Shown piece by piece: positions 9,326 to 16,613 of a stretch of DNA of 32,000 nt. The translations under genes and the position numbers were made by a program. Location of the stretch: contig JASBZB010000010.1 in NCBI GenBank assembly GCA_029983695.1, positions 79,067 to 111,066 of the forward strand, in the 5' to 3' direction. The DNA is from Clostridiaceae bacterium. GTDB lineage: Bacteria > Bacillota > Clostridia > Lutisporales > Lutisporaceae. The notes beneath the pieces are model-generated. The model saw only the letters and a program-made list of their open reading frames with translations, was not told where the DNA came from and ran no database searches. How positions within the stretch are numbered: position 1 is the stretch's first letter; every line of letters begins with the position of its first letter.

Positions 9326-10504
9326 TCATCTGCTTGGTAAAGCTAATTTCCCCATTATTACTTTTTTTGCCGCACCTGTAGCACCAGGCAAATTATTGGT
9401 GCGTCCTGACAAAAACTCATTTCCCAATATAGCAAAAGCTACCGCTTCCTTAGCATCAACAGAGAAATCCAATTCCTCCGCCGATTTCACTTCTGCCTTG
9501 ATTATTCTTTTCAACTCCTGCATCAAAGCCTTGTTATGGACACCTCCGCCGCTGACAAAGACTTCATCCACCTTGCATTTTGGCTCTACGAATCTACGAA
9601 GCTGAGATTCCACAGCATGGGCAGTATAGCAGGTTATTGTAGCCAGAATATCATTAAAGCTTAAACCCATGCCTATACCGTAGGTATAGAGCTTTCCGGC
9701 ATAATCCAATGTATAATATTCTCTTCCCGTGCTTTTAGGCGGTTTTTTATCAAGATATGAATCTTCTGCCAGTATCTTAGAAAGCCAATCCAGGCATGTC
9801 CTCCCCGATAATGCCATAACACCTCCCAGGTCATAGTTCATTCGGCCATTTGTCCCTATCTTCATCACGGCATCTATCAAAACATTCCCGGGACCGGTGT
9901 CAAAGGCCCATACGTCATCCTCATTGCCGTCAGCCTTCAAAACCGTAATATTGCTCATGCCTCCGATGTTGAGCAGAACCCTGCTCTTGTCCGGATGGGA
10001 AAAAAGCAAGTAGTCCACATAGGGCACCAATGGAGCCCCCTGCCCTCCGTAAGCCATGTCGCTGGGACGGAAATCTCCTACGGTAACCGCTTCAGTTACC
10101 GCTGCAATAACGGCAAGCTCTCCGATCTGAAATGTGCTGTTCTTCTCCGGCATATGATAAATCGTCTGACCGTGAGAGCTTATGAAATCTATCCCCTTCA
10201 GACTCATGCCGGCCTTCTGCGCAACTTTCACAGCAGCCTGGCCCATCCTATTGCCCAAATATACATTCATCTCGCATATATCATCGATCTTTGAAGTGCT
10301 AGGACTGCACAGCCTTAGTATGAATTCCCTCTCTACCTGCGAATACGGCAGCGTCAAAAACTCCAGAAGCCTTACTTTTGTATCCTTGTAATTGCCCTCT
10401 ATTTCAACCAGCGCAGCATCTATGCCATCCAGAGAAGTGCCCGACATAAGGCCTATACAAAGCTTCTTATCCTTTTCCATTATATTATTTAAAATATCTA
10501 TCAT
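9326..10504 (-). CDS. anmK: Anhydro-N-acetylmuramic acid kinase
   Basis: The signature GLMSGTSLDGIDAALVE lies near the N-terminus, and the protein has AnmK-like length. I place the start at ATG 10504 (MIDILNN...) with GAAGGAAGG upstream. The listed 441-aa ORF extends over the murR 3' end and is an artefact. Confidence 0.9.
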   Translation of the reverse strand: MIDILNNIMEKDKKLCIGLMSGTSLDGIDAALVEIEGNYKDTKVRLLEFLTLPYSQVEREFILRLCSPSTSKIDDICEMNVYLGNRMGQAAVKVAQKAGMSLKGIDFISSHGQTIYHMPEKNSTFQIGELAVIAAVTEAVTVGDFRPSDMAYGGQGAPLVPYVDYLLFSHPDKSRVLLNIGGMSNITVLKADGNEDDVWAFDTGPGNVLIDAVMKIGTNGRMNYDLGGVMALSGRTCLDWLSKILAEDSYLDKKPPKSTGREYYTLDYAGKLYTYGIGMGLSFNDILATITCYTAHAVESQLRRFVEPKCKVDEVFVSGGGVHNKALMQELKRIIKAEVKSAEELDFSVDAKEAVAFAILGNEFLSGRTNNLPGATGAAKKVIMGKLALPSR

Positions 10505-10508
10505 GATG

Positions 10509-11369
10509 CTACCTTCCTTCTCTGAATATGTCCGTTGCTTTTCTTGTCTGATCCAGATATTTGATGGTGTCATCGTACTGTCTCGTGGCAACACACATGA
10601 ATAAAATATCCATGACGTGGAGCTGGGCCATTCGTGACGAAGTAGCAGCACTTCTGAAAGGCACCTCTATGCAGGATGAAGTGAAGAGATTGATATCGGC
10701 AATCTCCGATAGAGAAGTTTTGCCGTACTTGGTTAGGCTTATTGTGGTGATGCCATTGTCCTTGGCGAATTTGAGGAGCTTGATAACCTCCAAGGTCTCG
10801 CCGGAATAAGATATGCCCATCATCACATCCTTGCATTTCATATTTCCAATAACTGTAGCAGTCAAATGCTGGTCTTCAAAGCATTGGCTGTTTTTGTTTA
10901 TTCTTATAAATTTTTGCTGGGCATCCTTAGCAACTACCCCGGATGCTCCTATGCCGAAGAAGCAGACCGTCTGAGCCGCAAGCATAGAATCAACAGCCGC
11001 AGACAATGCCTGAAAGTTCATTATTTCTGAAGTTTCCATTATAGACTTGATATTGTTGTTTGTGATCTTCTGAACCACGGACTCCTGGCTCTCATCGGCC
11101 TTTATGTCCCTATAGGCTATGCTGTCGTTCTTTTTCATATCTCCGTGAATTCTCATCTTCAAGTCCTGAAGCCCTTTAAGCCCCAGGGATTTGCATAAAC
11201 GAATCACTGCCGCACTGCTTGTCCCGCTGTATTTGCCTATCTCTGCCGCAGTGAGATTGATGACCTCTTGAGGCTTTTCCAGAATATATTCAGCTACCTT
11301 CTTTTCTGATAAAGGCAAGTCATTTGACATATCCCGCAGCATAGTCAATGCTCCCTGTTTATGAGTCAT
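10509..11369 (-). CDS. murR: MurR/RpiR-family transcriptional regulator (HTH plus SIS domain)
   Basis: N-terminal HTH_6-like LSEKKVAEYILEKPQEVINLTAAEIGKYSGTSSAAVIRLCKSLGLKG, followed by a SIS domain (FFGIGASG...). RBS AAGGGGTGG. First gene of the operon. Confidence 0.86.
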   Translation of the reverse strand: MTHKQGALTMLRDMSNDLPLSEKKVAEYILEKPQEVINLTAAEIGKYSGTSSAAVIRLCKSLGLKGLQDLKMRIHGDMKKNDSIAYRDIKADESQESVVQKITNNNIKSIMETSEIMNFQALSAAVDSMLAAQTVCFFGIGASGVVAKDAQQKFIRINKNSQCFEDQHLTATVIGNMKCKDVMMGISYSGETLEVIKLLKFAKDNGITTISLTKYGKTSLSEIADINLFTSSCIEVPFRSAATSSRMAQLHVMDILFMCVATRQYDDTIKYLDQTRKATDIFREGR

Positions 11370-11406
11370 TAGCTGCCACCCCTTATTAAAATATTATTTC
11401 ACTTTT

Positions 11407-11435
11407 ATTATATGTTTATTGAAATATTATTACAA
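11407..11435 (-). promoter_or_regulatory. Candidate sigma-A promoter of the murR-anmK-...-murQ operon
   Basis: The minus strand reads TTGTAA, then 17 nt, then TATAAT (-35 at 11430-11435, -10 at 11407-11412). It lies about 40 nt upstream of the murR ATG. Confidence 0.45.
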
Positions 11436-11438
11436 CCA

Positions 11439-11475
11439 TAAAAATAAAAAGATGTGTGATATATATCACACATCT
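11439..11475 (-). terminator. Intrinsic terminator after nagA
   Basis: Perfect 26-bp palindrome AGATGTGTGATATATATCACACATCT (11450-11475) overlapping the nagA stop, followed on the minus strand by TTTTTATTTT. Confidence 0.7.
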
Positions 11476-12605
11476 ACTCTTTTTCCTGATTTCAATACCA
11501 TATCTATATTTATATTCTCGTCGAATATTACCAGATCCGCCATGCATCCCTTTTCGATCCTGCCCCTGTCTTTCAGCCCCAGAAGCATTGCAGGATTCCG
11601 GGTTGCCATAAGCACGGCCTTGGGAACGCTTATATCCAGGATGGATAAAATATTTCTGACAGCTCTGTCCATGCTGAGGGTGCTGCCTGCCAATTGGCCT
11701 TCCTCAAGCCTTGCTATGCCATCCTTCACATAGACCTTCTGTCCTCCAAGGGCATATTCTCCGTCCTCCATGCCTCCTGCCATCATGCAATCGGTCACCA
11801 GAATAATTTTGTCCGGGCCCTTTTGCCTTGCCAGTATCCTTAATGCTCCTCCGTGAACATGCACTCCATCGGCTATGCATTCTGCAGCGATATCTGAATC
11901 CAGCACTGCGCCCGAGGCTCCGGGCTCCCTGTGATCAAAGCCCTTCATCCCGTTGAAGGTATGGGTACTGCTTTTTATTCCCCATTCTATTCCTGCCTTG
12001 GCTTCCTCATAGCTGGCCCCCGTATGCCCCATCGAAGGTATTATCCCTTTTCCGTCCAGGTATCTTATAAGTTCCTCGGCTCCTGCCAGCTCAGGAGATA
12101 AGGTCACAAGCTTTACAAAATCTTCATCATCACCGCAGATTTCCTTAAAATCCTTTATGGACGGCTCCAATATATAACGCTCTCCCTGAGCACCTTTATA
12201 TTTGCCGGATATGAAAGGCCCTTCCATATGTATCCCCAGCAGGTCTGCTCCGGCGGCAGCATATGAAGCCCTTTTGGCTTCCTTTATGGCTTCCCTTATC
12301 TTCGGTATGCTCTCTGTCATTGTGGCGCCTAAAAATCCGGCAACGCCTGTCTTCAATATATATTGAGACATGGTCATAACCGCTTCATAGGTATCTTCCA
12401 TTATATCGAAGCCTTTGCAGCCATGAATATGAATATCGATAAAACCGGGGGATACATATCGGCCTTTGGCATCTATAACCTCAGCCTTATCCGGAACCTT
12501 AGGGCATACATCCAGTATCCTTTCACCTTCCAGCAAAATCGCTTTATCCTCGATAGAATCACCAACTATAACCCTGCCGTTTATAATGGCTAACAAAGCT
12601 ATCAC
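11466..12605 (-). CDS. nagA: N-acetylglucosamine-6-phosphate deacetylase
   Basis: GFIDIHIHG metal motif, ...THTFNGM..., and a 379-aa NagA-like sequence. The start is GTG at 12605 or TTG at 12596, and it lies 7 nt downstream of the MATE gene stop. Confidence 0.92.
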   Translation of the reverse strand: MIALLAIINGRVIVGDSIEDKAILLEGERILDVCPKVPDKAEVIDAKGRYVSPGFIDIHIHGCKGFDIMEDTYEAVMTMSQYILKTGVAGFLGATMTESIPKIREAIKEAKRASYAAAGADLLGIHMEGPFISGKYKGAQGERYILEPSIKDFKEICGDDEDFVKLVTLSPELAGAEELIRYLDGKGIIPSMGHTGASYEEAKAGIEWGIKSSTHTFNGMKGFDHREPGASGAVLDSDIAAECIADGVHVHGGALRILARQKGPDKIILVTDCMMAGGMEDGEYALGGQKVYVKDGIARLEEGQLAGSTLSMDRAVRNILSILDISVPKAVLMATRNPAMLLGLKDRGRIEKGCMADLVIFDENINIDMVLKSGKRVDV

Positions 12606-12611
12606 CTCTCA

Positions 12612-13955
12612 TCATCTTATATCGATCCTTCTCCAATGCCCTTTGCTGTATCTTATGACCATAAGAATTGCCTCCACTCCGTATTGCAAGGCAGTAGCAG
12701 CCCAAACATAGCTGATACTTCCGTTTATCAAAAATACGATTGCAAAGATCAAAGGAAGTCTGAACAGGAAATTCGTTACCAGAGATATCCTAAAGGGACC
12801 TTTAGTATCCCCGGCTCCTTTGAGAGCACCCGACATAACCATTCCGACAGCTATGGGCACCTGCTCAAAAGCCCCTATCCTGATAGCCTTTGAAGCCTCC
12901 GCAACCGAAGCCAGATCTGTGCTGAAAACCCTCATTATGCTGTAAGGGAAAAAGAAAAACGCAAGCCCCACGGCTCCCATAAGCAAAGATGCATAGGCTA
13001 CAGATCTTTTGGCTATTCTTTCAGCCGTATCCCGATCGCCTGCTCCAAGACTCTGGCCTACCAAGGCCGCTGCTGCAACGGCGAATCCGTTGCCGGGCAT
13101 AAAGGATAAAGACTCAGCCGCCACAGCCAGGGAATTAGCTGCAAAAGCTATGGTGCCCAATTGGGCTATCCAGAATGAGGATAAAAGCCTGCTGCCCTCA
13201 TTCATAAAGGTCTCCATACCTGCAGGCATGCTGAGATTTATCAATGTATTAAGAGATTCCTTCTTGAAATTGAACATATTTTTTCTCCTGAGCTTGATGC
13301 CATTGGTGCCCTTTACAAGAAAAGCAAAGCATATGAAAAAGCCTATGGCCTGTGAAGCTGCAGTGGCTATAGCTGCGCCATCAGCTCCCAAAGCTGGAAA
13401 GCCCAGCTTGCCGAATATCAATACATAATCTCCTACTATGTTTATCGCATTGGCTATCATGGCAGAAATCATCGGTACCACCGTATTGCCCGCAGCCCGT
13501 AAAATAGAGCTTGATATGATCAAAGGTATTACAAAAAACGTGCCTGTAAAGACGATCCTTGAATAAGCACTGCCTATCCTGATCACTTCAGGATCTTTGA
13601 CTATGGCAGCGAATATTGACCTGGCAAAAATAATGCCTAAAGTACCCAGTATCAGCGCCACTATTATTCCCAGGCTTATAGCAAGCCCTGCTATGTATTC
13701 CGCCCTTTCATTATCCTTTGCCCCTATATTTCTGGCTACAAGTGCTGTAGCGCCTATGCCTATAGCTCCCATGACATTGCCCAGGGTAAACATGATCTGT
13801 ACCCCTAAGTTTACACCTGCAATATCCGCTGCCGTAAGCCTTCCTACCATTGCGGTATCAGCTGTCCAGACAAGCGTATGAGCCATCATCTCTGCGATTG
13901 CAGGCAATGCCAAAGCAAAGATTCTGCTGTCCATTCTTTTATCTATCAAAGCCAT
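12612..13955 (-). CDS. MATE-family (MOP superfamily) transporter
   Basis: About 447 aa with 12 predicted hydrophobic segments, and a typical MATE N-terminus (...ALPAIAEMMAHTLVWTADTAMVGRL). I prefer the ATG at 13955 (GGAGGA 4 nt upstream) over the listed TTG at 13967. Confidence 0.86.
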   Translation of the reverse strand: MALIDKRMDSRIFALALPAIAEMMAHTLVWTADTAMVGRLTAADIAGVNLGVQIMFTLGNVMGAIGIGATALVARNIGAKDNERAEYIAGLAISLGIIVALILGTLGIIFARSIFAAIVKDPEVIRIGSAYSRIVFTGTFFVIPLIISSSILRAAGNTVVPMISAMIANAINIVGDYVLIFGKLGFPALGADGAAIATAASQAIGFFICFAFLVKGTNGIKLRRKNMFNFKKESLNTLINLSMPAGMETFMNEGSRLLSSFWIAQLGTIAFAANSLAVAAESLSFMPGNGFAVAAAALVGQSLGAGDRDTAERIAKRSVAYASLLMGAVGLAFFFFPYSIMRVFSTDLASVAEASKAIRIGAFEQVPIAVGMVMSGALKGAGDTKGPFRISLVTNFLFRLPLIFAIVFLINGSISYVWAATALQYGVEAILMVIRYSKGHWRRIDIR

Positions 13956-13988
13956 ATGATCCTCCAAATAATCTTTTTCGCAATATAT

Positions 13989-14017
13989 ATTGTACCAAAC
14001 ACTGATAAATACTCCAA
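13989..14017 (-). promoter_or_regulatory. Candidate promoter of the MATE-nagA unit
   Basis: The minus strand reads TTGGAG, then 17 nt, then TACAAT, with an extended -10 TG (TGgTACAAT). Confidence 0.35.
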
Positions 14018-14052
14018 TAAAAATTTAAGGCTCCTTCAATTTAAAGGAGCCT
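14012..14052 (-). terminator. Intrinsic terminator after the class A hydrolase gene
   Basis: 9-bp stem AGGCTCCTT/AAGGAGCCT (14028-14036 and 14044-14052) overlapping the stop codon, followed on the minus strand by a T-rich run (TAAATTTTTATT). Confidence 0.6.
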
Positions 14053-15124
14053 GTGAATGATTCTCAACAGCTGTTCGCTTTGCCATATAATTGTATATTT
14101 CTTTTGCCAGAGCCCTATATGCAGCCTGCACCGATGTTTGGCTGCCTAAGCTCATAACAACCATAATATATGGATTATCCTTCAAATATATTATGCCTGC
14201 ATCATTATATACGCCGCTGTCATTGGTTCCCGTCTTATGGGCTACCGGAGATTTATATCCGATGCCCTGGGGCAGCCTGTTGCTGTAAATATTGTTTCTC
14301 AGGGATTCATCAAAATATTTGCTGTTAGCCTCCCCGAAGGTCTTGCCCTCATAAAGCAGATCCAAGATATGCCCCAGATCCCTTGGCGTGGCCCTGGGTC
14401 CTTTGCTGGCGCCGTACCTTTTGATGTTTTCATTATATGACATAGCCGGAGCAGGGCCTATCTCACTATATACATAGGTATTCTTGAGCCCCAGCTCTAA
14501 AAAAACTTCATTGAGCTTAACGTTGCCGAAATGCCTCAGCAATGTATTAAAATATCCGTTAACGGAATGAGTTATCATCTTATAGGTGAGCTGCTTCATG
14601 TTATACTTGCTTCCTGTAATTTCATCCGTATACTCTTTATCGATATCCAACTCTCCCAAATTATTTAAATAATATACCACTGCCGCCGCTGCCAGCTTGC
14701 AGGTTGACGCCGTCTGGAAAAAGCCCTCGCCTTCAAACTTGTCGGATAGCTTGCTGCCGTTGTAATCATATTCATAGCCTGTTTTTAATTCCTTTATATA
14801 TATGCCTATGGTACCTTTTCCGCCGTTTTTCGCAAAGCTATTCACTTGTTTCTTTACCATGGCATCAATATCATCATAGAAGCGCTTTTCCGCCTCTGCC
14901 ATCCTTTGCTCTTCTATCTCTGAGTCCTGCCCGTCCTCCTGCCAATCCGGATCACTTATCAACCCCTCGAAGGGCAGCCTATTTTTCTGCACCGCGTCTC
15001 CTGTTGTCTCGTCTTGCTGAGCTGATGCATTGGGCTCTGTAAGCCCTTCGCAGCATGGCAAAATAACAGAGGTAAAAGTAAATGATAAAATAAGAATGAA
15101 AGTCAAGATTCTTTTATTATTCAC
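14036..15124 (-). CDS. Secreted class A beta-lactamase-fold serine hydrolase
   Basis: N-terminal hydrophobic signal sequence, then an acidic linker, then SxxK (STCKL), SxN (SVN) and KTG (HKTGTNDSGVYNDAGII). GTG start. Confidence 0.8.
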   Translation of the reverse strand: MNNKRILTFILILSFTFTSVILPCCEGLTEPNASAQQDETTGDAVQKNRLPFEGLISDPDWQEDGQDSEIEEQRMAEAEKRFYDDIDAMVKKQVNSFAKNGGKGTIGIYIKELKTGYEYDYNGSKLSDKFEGEGFFQTASTCKLAAAAVVYYLNNLGELDIDKEYTDEITGSKYNMKQLTYKMITHSVNGYFNTLLRHFGNVKLNEVFLELGLKNTYVYSEIGPAPAMSYNENIKRYGASKGPRATPRDLGHILDLLYEGKTFGEANSKYFDESLRNNIYSNRLPQGIGYKSPVAHKTGTNDSGVYNDAGIIYLKDNPYIMVVMSLGSQTSVQAAYRALAKEIYNYMAKRTAVENHSQAPLN

Positions 15125-15229
15125 GAAACCACCCAGCCTTCCAGAAATTAAGAAGCAACAAAAGTTCTCCTGAATTTTAGATATGCTGTAGGACGGGTGG
15201 ATATTACATCAAATTGACTGTTTTACCTA

Positions 15230-15697
15230 TCAGTTTTCTACATATGATATATCCAGTTCTATTTTAGCGTTATCGTCTAATATTAAGGGTATGCACACAA
15301 CCGTTGATTTAGCTGCACTTAATTGCATGTTATCTCCGGTTAAGACTGTGGGAGGCGTTATATCCACATGAATATTTTTTTTCGAAAAAATTGTTGCCGT
15401 ATTCCCTAATATCATATTGCACAGCTCTGCAATGGCGCTTTTGGACATTTCATCGAGGGTCTGTATAGGCATTCCGCCCATCATTGCAGAAACGATCTTA
15501 TAAGCTGTTTCATAATCAAAAGATACTACTACATTTCCGCGAATTTTACCTGCCAGGCCTATTATAATCATAACTTTGTCGCCGGTATATGGTGTGGCTT
15601 TAACATATAGCTCTCCAATGGCAGGCTCAAATCCAGTGGTTTGCCTTATCACGCTTCGACTTGCTGTGATGAATGGATTTATATATTCAACGTTCAT
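15230..15697 (-). CDS. cheX: CheX-type chemotaxis CheY-P phosphatase
   Basis: 155 aa with the CheX hallmarks YKIVSAMMGGM, SAIAELCNMILGN and HVDITPPTVLTG, which align closely with Thermotoga CheX as I remember it. RBS AAGGAGAG lies 7 nt upstream. Confidence 0.88.
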   Translation of the reverse strand: MNVEYINPFITASRSVIRQTTGFEPAIGELYVKATPYTGDKVMIIIGLAGKIRGNVVVSFDYETAYKIVSAMMGGMPIQTLDEMSKSAIAELCNMILGNTATIFSKKNIHVDITPPTVLTGDNMQLSAAKSTVVCIPLILDDNAKIELDISYVEN

Positions 15698-15768
15698 TTA
15701 CTGGCTCTCCTTTTATATGTAATTTTTGCTGCTTTAAACGGGATATACACCAATCCCGCTTACAAATC

Positions 15769-15800
15769 AAAAAAACCATAGTACAAATTTACCACGGTTT
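15769..15800 (-). terminator. Intrinsic terminator acting as the riboswitch expression platform
   Basis: Minus-strand RNA AAACCGUGGUA-AAUUUG-UACUAUGGUUU forms an 11-bp stem (two G-U pairs) followed directly by UUUUUUU. It lies between the aptamer and cheX. Confidence 0.7.
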
Positions 15801-15809
15801 GAATAAGAC

Positions 15810-15900
15810 AGTACTCCTATTGCAGCCCGACTATCGTAGTGTCCCACATTAGACTCGTAGCTTTGCGTCCCTGACTTTCGACAGGTTTGCCCATTATTGA
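15810..15900 (-). promoter_or_regulatory. c-di-GMP-I (GEMM-I) riboswitch aptamer
   Basis: Minus-strand RNA: AAUGGGCAAACCUGUCGAAAGUCAGGGACGCAAAGCUACGAGUCUAAUGUGGGACACUACGAUAGUCGGGCUGCAAUAGGAG. It contains the GGCAAACC element, a GAAA-capped hairpin, the GGGACGCAAAGC core and a bulged second stem (CUA.CG.AGU / ACU.CG.UAG), as in the Vc2 aptamer. Confidence 0.85.
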
Positions 15901-15917
15901 TTATACAAATTATTTTT

Positions 15918-15946
15918 ATATTAACATCTGAAAATTAATATGTCAA
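15918..15946 (-). promoter_or_regulatory. Sigma-A promoter driving the riboswitch-cheX transcript
   Basis: The minus strand reads TTGACA (15941-15946), then 17 nt, then TAATAT (15918-15923). The predicted start is about 10-15 nt upstream of the aptamer. Confidence 0.6.
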
Positions 15947-16178
15947 TATTTATCTTTTTTTCGGCATGCTGCATAACAGGCTATATCGTGAAGTTAGGTT
16001 GTCAATCCTTGAGTCGTTTACCTTTACAGGAGAGCTTTATTGAAGAAATGACATAATCCACCAGAGGTTATGGACAGGTCTTTTAAAAAAGTATATAGGT
16101 ATTTTGAGATGAAGAAACTGTGCCATGAGGAGGAACCTGAGCGTTATATGGATGTCAGGCATGTATGCAAATGTGGTT

Positions 16179-16397
16179 CTATGCTGTCTTAGCTTTGGTT
16201 TCTACCAGTTCTATATCAGCTATGTGAAAATCGGCTCTGTTTGTTACGATCCAATCGAAATACTGATAATAAACCTTGAAACAGCTTCCTTTCTTATAAG
16301 GAAATCCATGCTTCTGATACCAATCCGTCTTCAATCTTACCTTGTCCCCATAATTATAGCTGCTGCACTCATATTCTTCGCATTGATCCGGTTTCAT
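16179..16397 (-). CDS. Hypothetical small protein (72 aa), family not recognised
   Basis: ATG preceded by AAAGGAG (11-nt spacing). The composition is hydrophilic and aromatic-rich, and the orientation matches neighbouring genes. The overlapping plus-strand 101-aa ORF lacks an RBS. Confidence 0.5.
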   Translation of the reverse strand: MKPDQCEEYECSSYNYGDKVRLKTDWYQKHGFPYKKGSCFKVYYQYFDWIVTNRADFHIADIELVETKAKTA

Positions 16398-16455
16398 TTG
16401 ATAATCCGCTCCTTTAAAATTATTTTATAACGTGCAAGCTCCAAACCTCATAATA

Positions 16456-16500
16456 TAAAGAAAATAAAGACCTCCTAATCCATAGAAAGATATAGGAGGT
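16456..16500 (-). terminator. Intrinsic terminator or attenuator hairpin
   Basis: Minus-strand RNA ACCUCCUA-(15-nt loop)-UAGGAGGU, a perfect 8-bp stem (16470-16477 and 16493-16500), followed by CUUUAUUUUCUUUAU. Confidence 0.5.
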
Positions 16501-16607
16501 TAAGAAACTCTGTATCTAAATGTTTAATATAGTGTCACTGCTCAAAATTAAGGTAATCTGTAAACAGGCATCATAAAATACAGTTTACATAATTGCCCCC
16601 TAATCTT
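16456..16607 (-). ncRNA. Candidate structured RNA: a cis-acting leader/attenuator of the 72-aa ORF, or an independent sRNA of about 150 nt
   Basis: Bounded by a perfect consensus promoter and the terminator above. It contains a long imperfect 5' hairpin (16548-16609). I recognised no known riboswitch core in it. Confidence 0.35.
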
Positions 16608-16613
16608 AACTCA

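Noticed and set aside
10505-10651. A 49-codon N-terminal extension of the anmK ORF (listed start 10651).
   Set aside because: The extension overlaps the 3' end of murR in another frame and has odd composition (MLLLRHEWPSSTSW...). The conserved AnmK N-terminus begins right after the internal ATG at 10504, which has its own GAAGGAAGG RBS.
13981-13992. The palindrome CAATATATATTG upstream of the MATE gene resembles the 18-bp TGCAATATATATATTGCA operator candidate at 30138-30155, which could suggest a shared regulator.
   Set aside because: Both are essentially (AT)n low-complexity palindromes in AT-rich promoter DNA. The first also overlaps a -10 region. A match of this kind is expected by chance, and I cannot support a regulon from two sites.
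16070-16192. A plus-strand 40-aa ORF (MDRSFKKVYRYFEMKKLCHEEEPERYMDVRHVCKCGSMLS) with scattered Cys and His residues.
   Set aside because: The only purine-rich element (GAGG) lies 2 nt from the ATG, which is too close to function. The ORF has no promoter I could find, and its Cys spacing matches no zinc-ribbon pattern I know.
16125-16430. A plus-strand 101-aa, very hydrophobic ORF, considered as a membrane protein or type I toxin-like gene antisense to the small ORF.
   Set aside because: It has no Shine-Dalgarno sequence upstream of its ATG. It is much longer than typical type I toxins. It is the exact antisense shadow of the minus-strand 72-aa ORF, which has an RBS and ordinary codon usage. 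Without expression data I cannot support it.
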